Translations under genes and position numbers: made by a program | The notes under the pieces: model-generated | The model's input: the letters and a program-made list of their open reading frames with translations, nothing else | Told to the model about the DNA's origin: nothing | The model's database searches: none | DNA from: an uncultured virus (IMG/VR IMGVR_UViG_3300011888_000003) | Taxonomy: Duplodnaviria; Heunggongvirae; Uroviricota; Caudoviricetes | Strand: one strand, 5' to 3' | IMG/VR virus record: IMGVR_UViG_3300011888_000003 | DNA: 20,000 nucleotides | In this document: positions 7,941-16,785 of the stretch, piece after piece | Layout of the letters: each line of letters starts with the position of its first letter | How positions within the stretch are numbered: the stretch's first letter is position 1

Positions 7941-9047
7941 ATGGCAAAGGAAAAGAAGAAAAAAGAGAGTATCATCGAAGTTGCGATGGACGCTCTTGAG
8001 CGAAAAAAGAAATCCTATGAAAAACAAGTCTTTGAAGCCAAAAGCTTCTATGAACGTAAACTAGAGTTTGCGGAAACATTTAAAATTCCTGGTTATGATT
8101 ATGGGGACGATGACGATGAAAGTTCAGACTCGGATTCTTCTGGTGTCGGGACAGGGGCAGATGTCGAAATGGGAACGAAATATGATAAAGAAATCAATGC
8201 GGCGGCAAAGAAGTATGGACTCAATCCTTATTTCATTGCAAGCATCATCAAGCAAGAATCAAACTTTGACCCGAATGCAGGGTCTGGTGTGGGCGCACGA
8301 GGACTGATGCAGTTGATGCCAGCGACGGCGGCAAGTCTAGGTGTTAAGAATGTAACAGACCCAGCAGATAATGTCATGGGTGGGACGAAATACATCAAAC
8401 AAATGCTCGATGGACAAGGGGGCGACCCAAAACTTGCACTCGCGGCATACAATGCAGGGCCTGGTAACGTTGCAAAATATGGCGGTGTACCACCTTTTGA
8501 AGAAACACAAAACTATGTCATCAAGATTCCAGGGTATTTCAAAGAATATACAGGAAAGACACTGGATAAAAAAACGGTCAAATGGCAAGGTCCGATGTCT
8601 TCAGGTGGAAGTGGAAGTGGAGGGGCAACAGTCAAAGGAGCGGCAAAAGACTTCATCAATAAATGGCAGGTGACGGCAGACTTCCCACGTTATCCTGACG
8701 GTAGTTATCACTCAGGAATAGACTTTGCTGGTGGAGGGATTGCCGGTACAAAGATTCCTTGTTTCCATGCAGGGACGGTCTTCGTCAAATCATTCATGGG
8801 GAACGGCTATGGAAACTATGTCGTCATCAAGACACCTGATAACCATTATCACTACTATGCGCATATGACGAATGTATATGTCAGTCAAGGAGACAAAGTC
8901 AAGGTCGACCAAATCATCGGAACCGTGGGGACGACAGGAAGAAGCACAGGGCCGCACTTGCATTATGAGGTTCGCCCAAGTAATAACAAGTACAGTGATG
9001 CATTGAATCCGCATAAGTTCTTAAAAGGAACGAATAAAGGAGTGTAA
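7941..9047 (+). CDS. Lytic transglycosylase (SLT) plus M23 endopeptidase; probable virion-associated peptidoglycan hydrolase
   Basis: SLT motifs IIKQESNF, GARGLMQLMP, ALAAYNAGPG and ETQNYV. Gly/Ser linker. M23 motifs HSGID, YAHM and STGPHLHYEV. RBS GAGGGG upstream. Confidence 0.92.
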   Translation: MAKEKKKKESIIEVAMDALERKKKSYEKQVFEAKSFYERKLEFAETFKIPGYDYGDDDDESSDSDSSGVGTGADVEMGTKYDKEINAAAKKYGLNPYFIASIIKQESNFDPNAGSGVGARGLMQLMPATAASLGVKNVTDPADNVMGGTKYIKQMLDGQGGDPKLALAAYNAGPGNVAKYGGVPPFEETQNYVIKIPGYFKEYTGKTLDKKTVKWQGPMSSGGSGSGGATVKGAAKDFINKWQVTADFPRYPDGSYHSGIDFAGGGIAGTKIPCFHAGTVFVKSFMGNGYGNYVVIKTPDNHYHYYAHMTNVYVSQGDKVKVDQIIGTVGTTGRSTGPHLHYEVRPSNNKYSDALNPHKFLKGTNKGV

Positions 9048-9049
9048 CC

Positions 9050-9661
9050 ATGGCAGAAGAAGAAATCTTAGGTTCAGGGATATCGGACGGTGAACCAATA
9101 CCTGACACCATCGACCAAGACAGTAACGTCGATGAGTACATCGAAGCGTCAAACATGGTAGATGACCGATGGGTTATCATGCCACGAGGTCGTCTTGGGA
9201 ATAAGCAGTTCTATGAACCACCGAAAGTAAAGCGTTCAGAATACATCAAGCACCGGACACGAGAAGCCTTCGATAGTGAATTCTTTAAGTTTGAGCCACT
9301 CGACAAGAAAAAGTTCATTCACATCAAACGCAATGACTCATTGAACTACTATCCACTGGATACACGACTCGTGATGAACTTACTTTATCGGAAAGTAAAC
9401 CGTCCACTCTATGTCGTCAATGGATTCCGTTCAACGATGGAAGGCATGACAAATGCACATACAGCAGGCCTCGCACTCGACTTTCTTGCACACACGAAGA
9501 AAGAAGCTGAAATGATTGCACATGCGGCATGGAGTGTCGGGATTCGTTCGATTGCAATACAAGGAGATTTTGAAGAAGGGGAAGGATTTGTTCACGTCGA
9601 TATTGGCCCCGCCTCTCAATTCTCGTTTGAAGGAAAAAGCTATCAAGGACCTGGTGGATGA
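9050..9661 (+). CDS. Peptidase M15-like (zinc LAS fold) protein
   Basis: VVNGFRS...NAHTAGLALDF (H-x6-D) and GFVHVDIG match the M15A pattern SGYRS...SxHxxGxAxD...FVHxD. RBS AAGGAG. Confidence 0.75.
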   Translation: MAEEEILGSGISDGEPIPDTIDQDSNVDEYIEASNMVDDRWVIMPRGRLGNKQFYEPPKVKRSEYIKHRTREAFDSEFFKFEPLDKKKFIHIKRNDSLNYYPLDTRLVMNLLYRKVNRPLYVVNGFRSTMEGMTNAHTAGLALDFLAHTKKEAEMIAHAAWSVGIRSIAIQGDFEEGEGFVHVDIGPASQFSFEGKSYQGPGG

Positions 9662-9689
9662 CCCTATACTTTTAAAAAGTAAAGGGTTA
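9659..9689. repeat. Imperfect inverted repeat/hairpin after the M15 gene
   Basis: TGACCCT-A-TACTTTT-A-AAAAGTA-A-AGGGTTA. Arms pair with one A/A mismatch and one G-U pair. No long U tract follows. Confidence 0.6.
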
Positions 9690-9716
9690 TGGTCTTAAAG
9701 AAATGGAGGTAACAAT

Positions 9717-10079
9717 ATGGCAAGTAATCCATTGGTCGATACCATCATATCAAAAGCCGTCATGCCGATGATTGATAAGCAAGCAAAAACGGTCAAAGGT
9801 ACGATTTACAGCGTTGACTACAAAATACGCAAAGCAGATGTTGTCTACTTTGAACCAAAGACAGGCGTTCGTCGTTTCAAAAAAGGTGTTGATTTTCCAG
9901 AAGACATGCAAGGATTTGTCGCGAAATCACTGGAATGCGGAGATGAAGTCGAAGTCTCGTTTCGGAACAATTCATACAAAGAAGGCTTCATCAGTAAAGT
10001 GATTGTCAAAGAGAAATCATTCGAAGACCTGAAAGTGGATAAAGGAAAAAAGATGCCACGGGCGACAGATTTGTTTTAA
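9717..10079 (+). CDS. Small baseplate protein, probable gp5/gpV N-terminal OB-fold (spike base)
   Basis: 120 aa. VKGTIYSVDY...ADVVY...LECGDEVEVSF resembles the spike OB-fold pattern. Lies between hub and gp25-like genes. RBS GGAGG. Confidence 0.5.
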   Translation: MASNPLVDTIISKAVMPMIDKQAKTVKGTIYSVDYKIRKADVVYFEPKTGVRRFKKGVDFPEDMQGFVAKSLECGDEVEVSFRNNSYKEGFISKVIVKEKSFEDLKVDKGKKMPRATDLF

Positions 10080-10091
10080 AGGAGAATAGAC

Positions 10092-10544
10092 ATGGCATTT
10101 GAAGAATATCGACACAAGAATGGTGATGATGCGTTCGACATCCCAGCATGGCGGCGCATGGCAGAAGAAGAATTGAAACGAAATAAAAAAAGTTTATCTG
10201 AGAAATCATTAGAAGAATTTTCGATTCGTGAGAAAGAAATTGCGATTAAACATCCTGAGACGGGCGCAAGCATCCGATTGACAGATGATGGTAGTATCGA
10301 ACTCATGGTAGAGAATGGGAATGGGATTCGCATCACAGAAGATGGAGTCTCTTTCTTTGGGAAGAAACTTTCCATATCGACGGGACTTTACGAGTTACAT
10401 ACGAAAAAGAATGGTGTCTGGATAAACAATGAAAATGAAAAAGGCATCTCGACGTTTGACCGTAAAAAAGGTGTCGGCAAAAAACTATTAAAAGAAATGA
10501 AAGAAAGTGGAATGAAAGGAAGGGGGCTGAAAGATGAAGATTGA
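10092..10544 (+). CDS. Small baseplate protein, probable spike beta-helix/beta-prism part
   Basis: 150 aa with short beta-turn repeats IKHPETGASIRLTDDGSIEL, NGNGIRITEDGVSF and LSISTG, typical of gp5/gpV C-terminal segments. RBS AAGGAG. Confidence 0.5.
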   Translation: MAFEEYRHKNGDDAFDIPAWRRMAEEELKRNKKSLSEKSLEEFSIREKEIAIKHPETGASIRLTDDGSIELMVENGNGIRITEDGVSFFGKKLSISTGLYELHTKKNGVWINNENEKGISTFDRKKGVGKKLLKEMKESGMKGRGLKDED

Positions 10545-11037
10545 TTTCAAGTTCTCCCCTGAAGGAGACTTGGTGCTAGGTGACCAGATGGTCAATGCAG
10601 AGGGTCTTCCACTCTATCGGGATATGGCACGTTCAGAAGGATACACGACAGAAGTCTCTGAGACAAGTGTGCCGATTCGTGACGTAGGCACAGCATTTGG
10701 GGATGAGGTCGATATGCAGACTATCTTGAACCGCATGCGGACAGACAATCCTGATTGGTTGTTGCATGAAGACATCGGGGCAAACTTAAGTGACTTGATT
10801 GGAGAACCCAATACAAAGACAACGATGTTGAAAGGAATTGAAAACATCACGAATGCTTTATTGTATGATGGAACGTTCCAGTCGACAGAAATCGAAGTTG
10901 TAGGTGCACCGTATGGTATGCAGGAAATCTTATTCTTTGTCCGATTAAAGCGAAAAGGAAGACAAGAAGTTCGAATCCCTTTACTCTTTAATCTAGAGCA
11001 AGGACTAGTCAATGAATATGAGGTGGAAGAAGAATGA
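10534..11037 (+). CDS. gp25/gpW-like baseplate wedge protein
   Basis: 167 aa. DFKFSPEGDL...QTILNRMRT...WLLHEDIGANLSDLIG...ITNALLYD fits the gp25/XkdS-like pattern. Directly precedes the baseplate-J-like gene. Confidence 0.75.
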   Translation: MKIDFKFSPEGDLVLGDQMVNAEGLPLYRDMARSEGYTTEVSETSVPIRDVGTAFGDEVDMQTILNRMRTDNPDWLLHEDIGANLSDLIGEPNTKTTMLKGIENITNALLYDGTFQSTEIEVVGAPYGMQEILFFVRLKRKGRQEVRIPLLFNLEQGLVNEYEVEEE

Positions 11038-11840
11038 TTGTAAAATCACAAACAGAAATGATAGAAAGGATACTAGGCTCCGTTCAAGCTCGAATTGGTG
11101 TCAACGCAACCGGTGCTGGGACCATCATGCAAACATTCACAGAGGTCAGCAGCGTCGAAGAGTTTTATGACTTCTATGAACAACTGGATGTCTTGAACAT
11201 GATGGCGTTCCTGTCGACAAGCTCAGGCGTTTACGTGGATTTAATCGGAGAACTCTTATCTTGTCCACGTGAAGCGATGGAAGATGATGCGACATACAAA
11301 GAACGTATCCGAAAACAAGTCTATACCGTAGCAGGAGCAAACTTGACGGCGATTCGATTAAAAGCATTGAACGTATCAGGTGTAGCAGACATTGACATAC
11401 AAGAATATACGAATGGGCCTGGGTCGTTCACCTGTTATGTATACGGTGACGGTACACAGTCGGATGCGCTCATCGTTGAAAACGTGCGCAATGCGATTGA
11501 GTCTGTTAAAGCATATGGAATTGAAATCAGTGTGAAGACTCCTTTACGTATTGGTATTGATATCGGGGTTCAAGTCATCTTCAAGGAAGGCGTCGGCGCC
11601 GCTGAACAAAAATTCATCCGAGAAGAAGTAGGCGACCGCATCCAAAAATACATCAATCAACTCTCTAAAGGAGAGGGCCTTGTCTTAAATGAAATCATCG
11701 AACAAGTAATGGTGACGGATGATAAGATACTGGATTGTGAAATTGACCTGCTTCGTATCGATGGAAAAGACCGTTTCATTGGGAACATAAACATAGGAGC
11801 AAATGAAATCTTAGGAATTCAGACAATAGAGGTGGGATAA
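11034..11840 (+). CDS. Baseplate J-like (gp6/gpJ) wedge protein, short form
   Basis: FLSTSSGVYVDLIG, EDDATYKERI, ALNVSGVAD, GPGSFTCYV, VKAYGI and YINQLSKGE are typical Baseplate_J segments. ATGA overlap with the previous gene. Confidence 0.85.
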   Translation: MIVKSQTEMIERILGSVQARIGVNATGAGTIMQTFTEVSSVEEFYDFYEQLDVLNMMAFLSTSSGVYVDLIGELLSCPREAMEDDATYKERIRKQVYTVAGANLTAIRLKALNVSGVADIDIQEYTNGPGSFTCYVYGDGTQSDALIVENVRNAIESVKAYGIEISVKTPLRIGIDIGVQVIFKEGVGAAEQKFIREEVGDRIQKYINQLSKGEGLVLNEIIEQVMVTDDKILDCEIDLLRIDGKDRFIGNINIGANEILGIQTIEVG

Positions 11841-11841
11841 G

Positions 11842-13428
11842 ATGGCAGTCACTAAGTTTACAAAAGACATGATGTCGATGCTACCAGAATGGATGAAGAT
11901 GGCCCGTGACGAAAACTCAGTCGGTGCGCAATTCTTAGATACATTCGGTGTCGAGTTCCAAGATGTCGAAAATATGTTGTCTGACTTCCAGAACAACTTC
12001 TTCATCGGAACAGCAAATGTTGACATGATTGATATCGTCTTCAAGTTTCCTGTTGCAAACGAAAACATTTTCAACATCGATGGATTGACACATGTCACGA
12101 TTAGCAAAAATGGTGAAATGAAGACGGTGCTTGATGCAGTCAACTTACGTCGTTTCTATGATAGATATTCAGAACCAATGTTCATTGCAGACATCGAAGA
12201 AGGTTATGTTTACATACGGTATGACCTTGATGATTTAGAGAATATGGAAAATGCATTTGATTATATTGAAATCAATGGAGAAAAACATTTTGATTATATG
12301 ATTCATCACATCTGGAATCCATTTGATGAGTTTGCGTACTTGCTTGGGATTGAGCGTCTCTATAAAGAACGCAATGCCAGTCTAAAGGAACGGATACTCG
12401 ATGTTTTCCGCAATCCTGCCAACTCGACGAAACAAGGTATCATCAACGGGATGGCACGGGAGTTAGGTCTTGCAAAAGAAAGCATTATCGTCAATGACTT
12501 CCAGGATTATGCATTCCGTAAAACATTGTTCGATGTATCAGGCCGCCCGTCCTCACTTCTCATTTCCTATGCTAATAAAATCAACATGGAGATGGCATTC
12601 ACATGGGATGCGATGACATATGGTGAAGCAAAATGGAAACGATTAGAGAACGGAAATCTTGGACTAAAATTCCTACCGCACTTATGGGATGCGGACACGT
12701 CGATGTTCTTGAAAGAAGAGTTCGTCAGTGGTGTCGGCGACAAGGACGATTTAAAGGTCTACAAGCCAGAGGTCCAGTCGAGCACACGAAACTTTAAAGC
12801 CTATGTCGGTCTAAAAGGATTCATCGAATCAACGGAAAATATCTATCCTGAACTTGAATTCAAGTACATGATTCATGCTGAAGGTAAGATTGCAAACGAG
12901 AAATACCCACTTGAAACATATAAGTATACCATCAAGGCAAGTGAGGTCGTTGCGCCGAAATATCGTATCGAAGGAACACAACGTTATCGGTATATCACAG
13001 ATTTGAATTTCGCACAGACATCTCGCTATGAATACAATCGGATTCCGCAAGGCGTCGATAGCAACACAGTTTTACACACACCGACGAATAAACAATTGCA
13101 AGTCACAGGATATATGCGAACGAATGATGGAAAGGTAACACCACAAATCAATCAATTCAAGGTCATCTGGAAAGATAGTACGGATGCAATCCAAGAATAT
13201 GTATTTGATACATTAGAAGATTTTACACAGAACAATACGATGGTGACAACCGAACTCGTTGATGCATTCGTCACAAATGATGGCACCGTCGAACTCGGTT
13301 TCGGTGAATTCTATAGCATGACTGATTCTAAAGGGGCATGGGAAGAAGCCTATACCGATGGAGAAGTCTATGATGCGATTGAAATACTAGATGAAGGTAG
13401 CATCACGCTACGACTTCCAAAAGCTTAA
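11842..13428 (+). CDS. Baseplate wedge protein (gp7/gpI-like core with extra beta domains)
   Basis: 528 aa directly after the J-like gene. N-terminal MLPEWM...FLDTFG, and FDEFAYLLGIERLYKERNASLKERIL...STKQGI, which parallels the wedge core motif of the J-like gene. Confidence 0.6.
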   Translation: MAVTKFTKDMMSMLPEWMKMARDENSVGAQFLDTFGVEFQDVENMLSDFQNNFFIGTANVDMIDIVFKFPVANENIFNIDGLTHVTISKNGEMKTVLDAVNLRRFYDRYSEPMFIADIEEGYVYIRYDLDDLENMENAFDYIEINGEKHFDYMIHHIWNPFDEFAYLLGIERLYKERNASLKERILDVFRNPANSTKQGIINGMARELGLAKESIIVNDFQDYAFRKTLFDVSGRPSSLLISYANKINMEMAFTWDAMTYGEAKWKRLENGNLGLKFLPHLWDADTSMFLKEEFVSGVGDKDDLKVYKPEVQSSTRNFKAYVGLKGFIESTENIYPELEFKYMIHAEGKIANEKYPLETYKYTIKASEVVAPKYRIEGTQRYRYITDLNFAQTSRYEYNRIPQGVDSNTVLHTPTNKQLQVTGYMRTNDGKVTPQINQFKVIWKDSTDAIQEYVFDTLEDFTQNNTMVTTELVDAFVTNDGTVELGFGEFYSMTDSKGAWEEAYTDGEVYDAIEILDEGSITLRLPKA

Positions 13429-13440
13429 GGAGGAAACAAG

Positions 13441-14532
13441 ATGGCAAGAAGTGAAGCAAAAAAAGTAGGGAATCCTGTCTATCAAGACTTATCGATGACA
13501 AGTTATCCTGAGTTTAAAGATGCTCTGGCAACGAACGCAACAACATCAGAAAAAAAGAATGATAACATGCTCGGATGGCAAAACATTGGAGACGGTTCCG
13601 CACCAGACTATACGATGGCAGAACATGTCAATGCTTTGATTGATGGGATTCGGGCAATTCAACGGGCACTTGGTGTCAACCCAATGTTACCAGCAGACGT
13701 TTCTCAGTTGACGGCAGAACAACTCTTGATTTTAAAACAGACGAACACGGTCAAGAAACGGATTGATGACTTAGAAAACCGTAACTATGATTCACGTTAT
13801 GGTGGTCCAGATTGGTCAGCGACGAGCGACCGAACGATTACGATGCACTTCCACAATGGCGAAAAAGGGCGCCCATCTAAAATTCAATTGACAAACGCGG
13901 CAGAGATTCAAGGAAAGCTTCCAAAGGCAAACTTGAATTTGGATGCGGCGACAGGTGTGACCGGAAGTGATATCAAGATTTCAACAGGTAGCGGGACGAC
14001 GATTGAAGAATCCATCTCAGAACGTCTTTCGACGGAAACAGGTGGTACAGTCAAAGGACAAGTCGAACTAAAATCGAAGTTCCAATCACGGACGCAACGT
14101 GAATATGAGACATCGGACTTCCTTGGGGCAAGTTCTTCTGATACACAAACACTCAGTGGTTCCCGTAAACAAATCGCTGGGACTTCAGCAGGAACGTTCT
14201 TACGGACGAATATCAGTAACTTACAATATGGTCGGTATGTACTCGGTGTTCGAGTGAAACTTGTATCAGGAAGCTTACTGCCGACGACGGTCTTCCAGAT
14301 GAAGATGGAAGCACAAACGAATGATGGAGCAGACATTGCCGAAGTATCAGGAGAAGACTTTGATACCGTCGGAAAATGGAAAATGGTCTACTTGGTCTTT
14401 GACCATGAACCAGGTGACACGTCGAAGCAAGGCGAACTTGTGATTGAGAAACTGGCGACCTCTTCTTCGGTTACGATAGCGGTCGACCACGCATATATCA
14501 TTCCAACCCATCCAGCAGTATTTGATAAATAA
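13441..14532 (+). CDS. Tail fibre/baseplate-attached structural protein with C-terminal carbohydrate-binding-like beta sandwich
   Basis: 363 aa, RBS AGGAGG at 13428-13433. AEHVNALIDGIRAIQRALGVNP helix and an HFHNG (HxH) motif as seen in fibre proteins. C-terminal GRYVLGVRVK...KWKMVYLVF...IAVDHAYI resembles a CBM-like jelly roll. Confidence 0.5.
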   Translation: MARSEAKKVGNPVYQDLSMTSYPEFKDALATNATTSEKKNDNMLGWQNIGDGSAPDYTMAEHVNALIDGIRAIQRALGVNPMLPADVSQLTAEQLLILKQTNTVKKRIDDLENRNYDSRYGGPDWSATSDRTITMHFHNGEKGRPSKIQLTNAAEIQGKLPKANLNLDAATGVTGSDIKISTGSGTTIEESISERLSTETGGTVKGQVELKSKFQSRTQREYETSDFLGASSSDTQTLSGSRKQIAGTSAGTFLRTNISNLQYGRYVLGVRVKLVSGSLLPTTVFQMKMEAQTNDGADIAEVSGEDFDTVGKWKMVYLVFDHEPGDTSKQGELVIEKLATSSSVTIAVDHAYIIPTHPAVFDK

Positions 14533-14549
14533 GAAAAGAGGTGTAAGAG

Positions 14550-16766
14550 ATGGCGGCAATTCGTCCAGAAGGACTTTCTCCTTGTTTCGAAAGTGTACTC
14601 AGTCCTTACATCCCTTCTTCTTACTTTTTTGAATGGGATTACCGGAAAGAAACAAGTAGTGATAAACAAACAAAAGCAGACATACGATGGTATGAGATGG
14701 AGTCTGATGAACCAGTTCTTTTAAAATCAAAGACCATCACTGGAACAAAAACATCTGTAACGTATCTTGATTCAGGTTTGTCCTTGGATTCAGGTTCGAC
14801 ATATGCATGGCAAGTGCGTACATACAATAGTAAAAACGAAGTCAGTCAATGGTCAGAGCTTGCAACCTTCCTTTTTGATGATGTTATCTTGAAGATGCCT
14901 NNNNNNNNNNNNNNNNNNNNNNNNNNNNNNNNNNNNNNNNNNNNNNNNNNNNNNNNNNNNNNNNNNNNNNNNNNNNNNNNNNNNNNNNNNNNNNNNNNNN
15001 NNNNNATCATCTCCGACTACGTCGGGCAAGGTGTGGAAGATGAAGAAGAGTACATGGATAAGGTCGAAGAACTGTTTACAGGAAAAGTAGTGCCTTCACG
15101 GAAAGACTTCACGACACTTCGTGATGCGATTAACTTTGTGGCGGTGAAGAAGGAAATCATGTCACCGTTTGATGTCATCGGTCCAATTAAGAATGGACTC
15201 GGGGCAAGTGACATGCAACTCATTCATGGCTTCTTGCTTTCGATGGCAAGCAACCCACCACAAGCGCCACGAGGAGTGAGCATCACGGCAAAAATCCCAA
15301 CGATTCAAGATGTTGCTTCCATCTCAGGAAGCACGAAAGGAACGGGAGATACGACCGTTGAAGTCGAGTGGGATGTAGAAGAATATGATGAGACGACAGG
15401 AAAGGTGAACTTCACGAGACTCTCAACATCTGAAGATATCTCGTACTATGAAGTCATTTTCCAGTATGGTGTTGACGGGAACATGGTCGAACATGTCATC
15501 TATTATCGCCCTGAAGACTTAGTAAGTATGGGGAACGGGTTCGAGTTCAGCACGAACTGGAACCGTATCTTTACGACAAGCAATATCGCAAATGCGAAAC
15601 ATGCGGTCTATGTCCGAGCAGTTGATGTCCGAGGGAATCAGTCGACATATTATAATGTTGCAAAAACATATGGTGGTTCTACAAAGATTCCACTTGGTGT
15701 CCGTGCTTATAATATGCAATACCAAAAAGACACGGATGCGTCGACGAAATGGTACTCAGTCGCTGGAATCAAAGAGTTCACGAAGACAAATTACAGTCAC
15801 AATCTTGGTCAGAATAAATTCAAAGTTCGGTATCGGATTCAGACGATTGACAAGACAGGATTGCTCGGTTCATGGGTCACAAGCTCATGGATTGATTTCC
15901 GAGGACTCGTTCCACCTGGTCCACCGAAGAACTTAAAATATACATCGACATATAACAGTTTCAAAGTCACATGGCAAGCGGGGACATATGCCACATCTTA
16001 TGAATTACGAGTCGATGACAGTGGCGTTAAATCTGAAAAAGATTTGAATTATACATCCGTCGATAAAAAGGCGAATACCTATTATACCTTCTATGTACGT
16101 TCTGTTAATGCAGTTGGTAAGAGTGCGTACGTTTCCATCAAAGTCAAGACGAAGCTTCCACCGACGGCGACGAAAACATACGGTGTCACGGCAAGTGGTC
16201 GAAGTTGGCGGACAGACTATAAGAGTTACGGAGGCATCGTCAAAGGGTCTTCCGGTTGGCGCATGGAGACAAGTGATGTTATCCAAGGGCGATGGGAATA
16301 CCTTGAGAATACTTATGATGACTGGGACATGGACGGAAAGAAAGATGACTACGTCTATAAGGGGATGCACAACGGAAACCATAAAGGACTCTGGTTCCCT
16401 GATTATGCAAAAATCCGAAGTGACTTGAAAGGCAAAAAGATTAAGACCGTTCAGGTATACGTGAGCCGAGAAAGCTCACAACATGGTTATCCGAAGGATG
16501 CGACGCCTATCTACTTATGGTTGCATAACTATGCATCAAGACCAAGTGGAGAACCGACGCTTTTCAATGAGTTCAAGTTCCCAAAATACTTAGACCGAGG
16601 ACAAAGCGCTTGGGTGACGATACCGACGTCAATGTTCCAAAAAATCATCGACGGTCAAGCACGAGGTTTCGGAGTTTATAAAAAGAATATCGGCGGAGCT
16701 TATGACGTTAGTTATCAGCGCTTCGATAGTAAGATTCAAATCAAAGTCACATATTACAATTATTAA
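14550..16766 (+). CDS. Fibronectin type III repeat tail protein, probable receptor-binding protein (spans a 105-N gap)
   Basis: FN3 signatures LDSGSTYAWQVRTYN...SQWS and PPGPPKNL...FKVTW...YYTFYVRSVNAVGKS. C-terminal domain QGRW...NHKGLWF...HNYASRPSGEP resembles Bacillota phage adsorption-protein C-termini. Continuity across 14901-15005 is assumed. Confidence 0.7.
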   Translation: MAAIRPEGLSPCFESVLSPYIPSSYFFEWDYRKETSSDKQTKADIRWYEMESDEPVLLKSKTITGTKTSVTYLDSGLSLDSGSTYAWQVRTYNSKNEVSQWSELATFLFDDVILKMPXXXXXXXXXXXXXXXXXXXXXXXXXXXXXXXXXXXIISDYVGQGVEDEEEYMDKVEELFTGKVVPSRKDFTTLRDAINFVAVKKEIMSPFDVIGPIKNGLGASDMQLIHGFLLSMASNPPQAPRGVSITAKIPTIQDVASISGSTKGTGDTTVEVEWDVEEYDETTGKVNFTRLSTSEDISYYEVIFQYGVDGNMVEHVIYYRPEDLVSMGNGFEFSTNWNRIFTTSNIANAKHAVYVRAVDVRGNQSTYYNVAKTYGGSTKIPLGVRAYNMQYQKDTDASTKWYSVAGIKEFTKTNYSHNLGQNKFKVRYRIQTIDKTGLLGSWVTSSWIDFRGLVPPGPPKNLKYTSTYNSFKVTWQAGTYATSYELRVDDSGVKSEKDLNYTSVDKKANTYYTFYVRSVNAVGKSAYVSIKVKTKLPPTATKTYGVTASGRSWRTDYKSYGGIVKGSSGWRMETSDVIQGRWEYLENTYDDWDMDGKKDDYVYKGMHNGNHKGLWFPDYAKIRSDLKGKKIKTVQVYVSRESSQHGYPKDATPIYLWLHNYASRPSGEPTLFNEFKFPKYLDRGQSAWVTIPTSMFQKIIDGQARGFGVYKKNIGGAYDVSYQRFDSKIQIKVTYYNY
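14901..15005. other. Assembly gap (105 N)
   Basis: Run of N in the sequence. Confidence 0.99.
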
Positions 16767-16785
16767 AGAATGAAGAGGTGAGCAC

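Noticed and set aside
7941..9661. Host-lysis cassette (endolysin plus holin)
   Set aside because: No small transmembrane holin is adjacent, and the position among baseplate genes favours virion-associated hydrolases.
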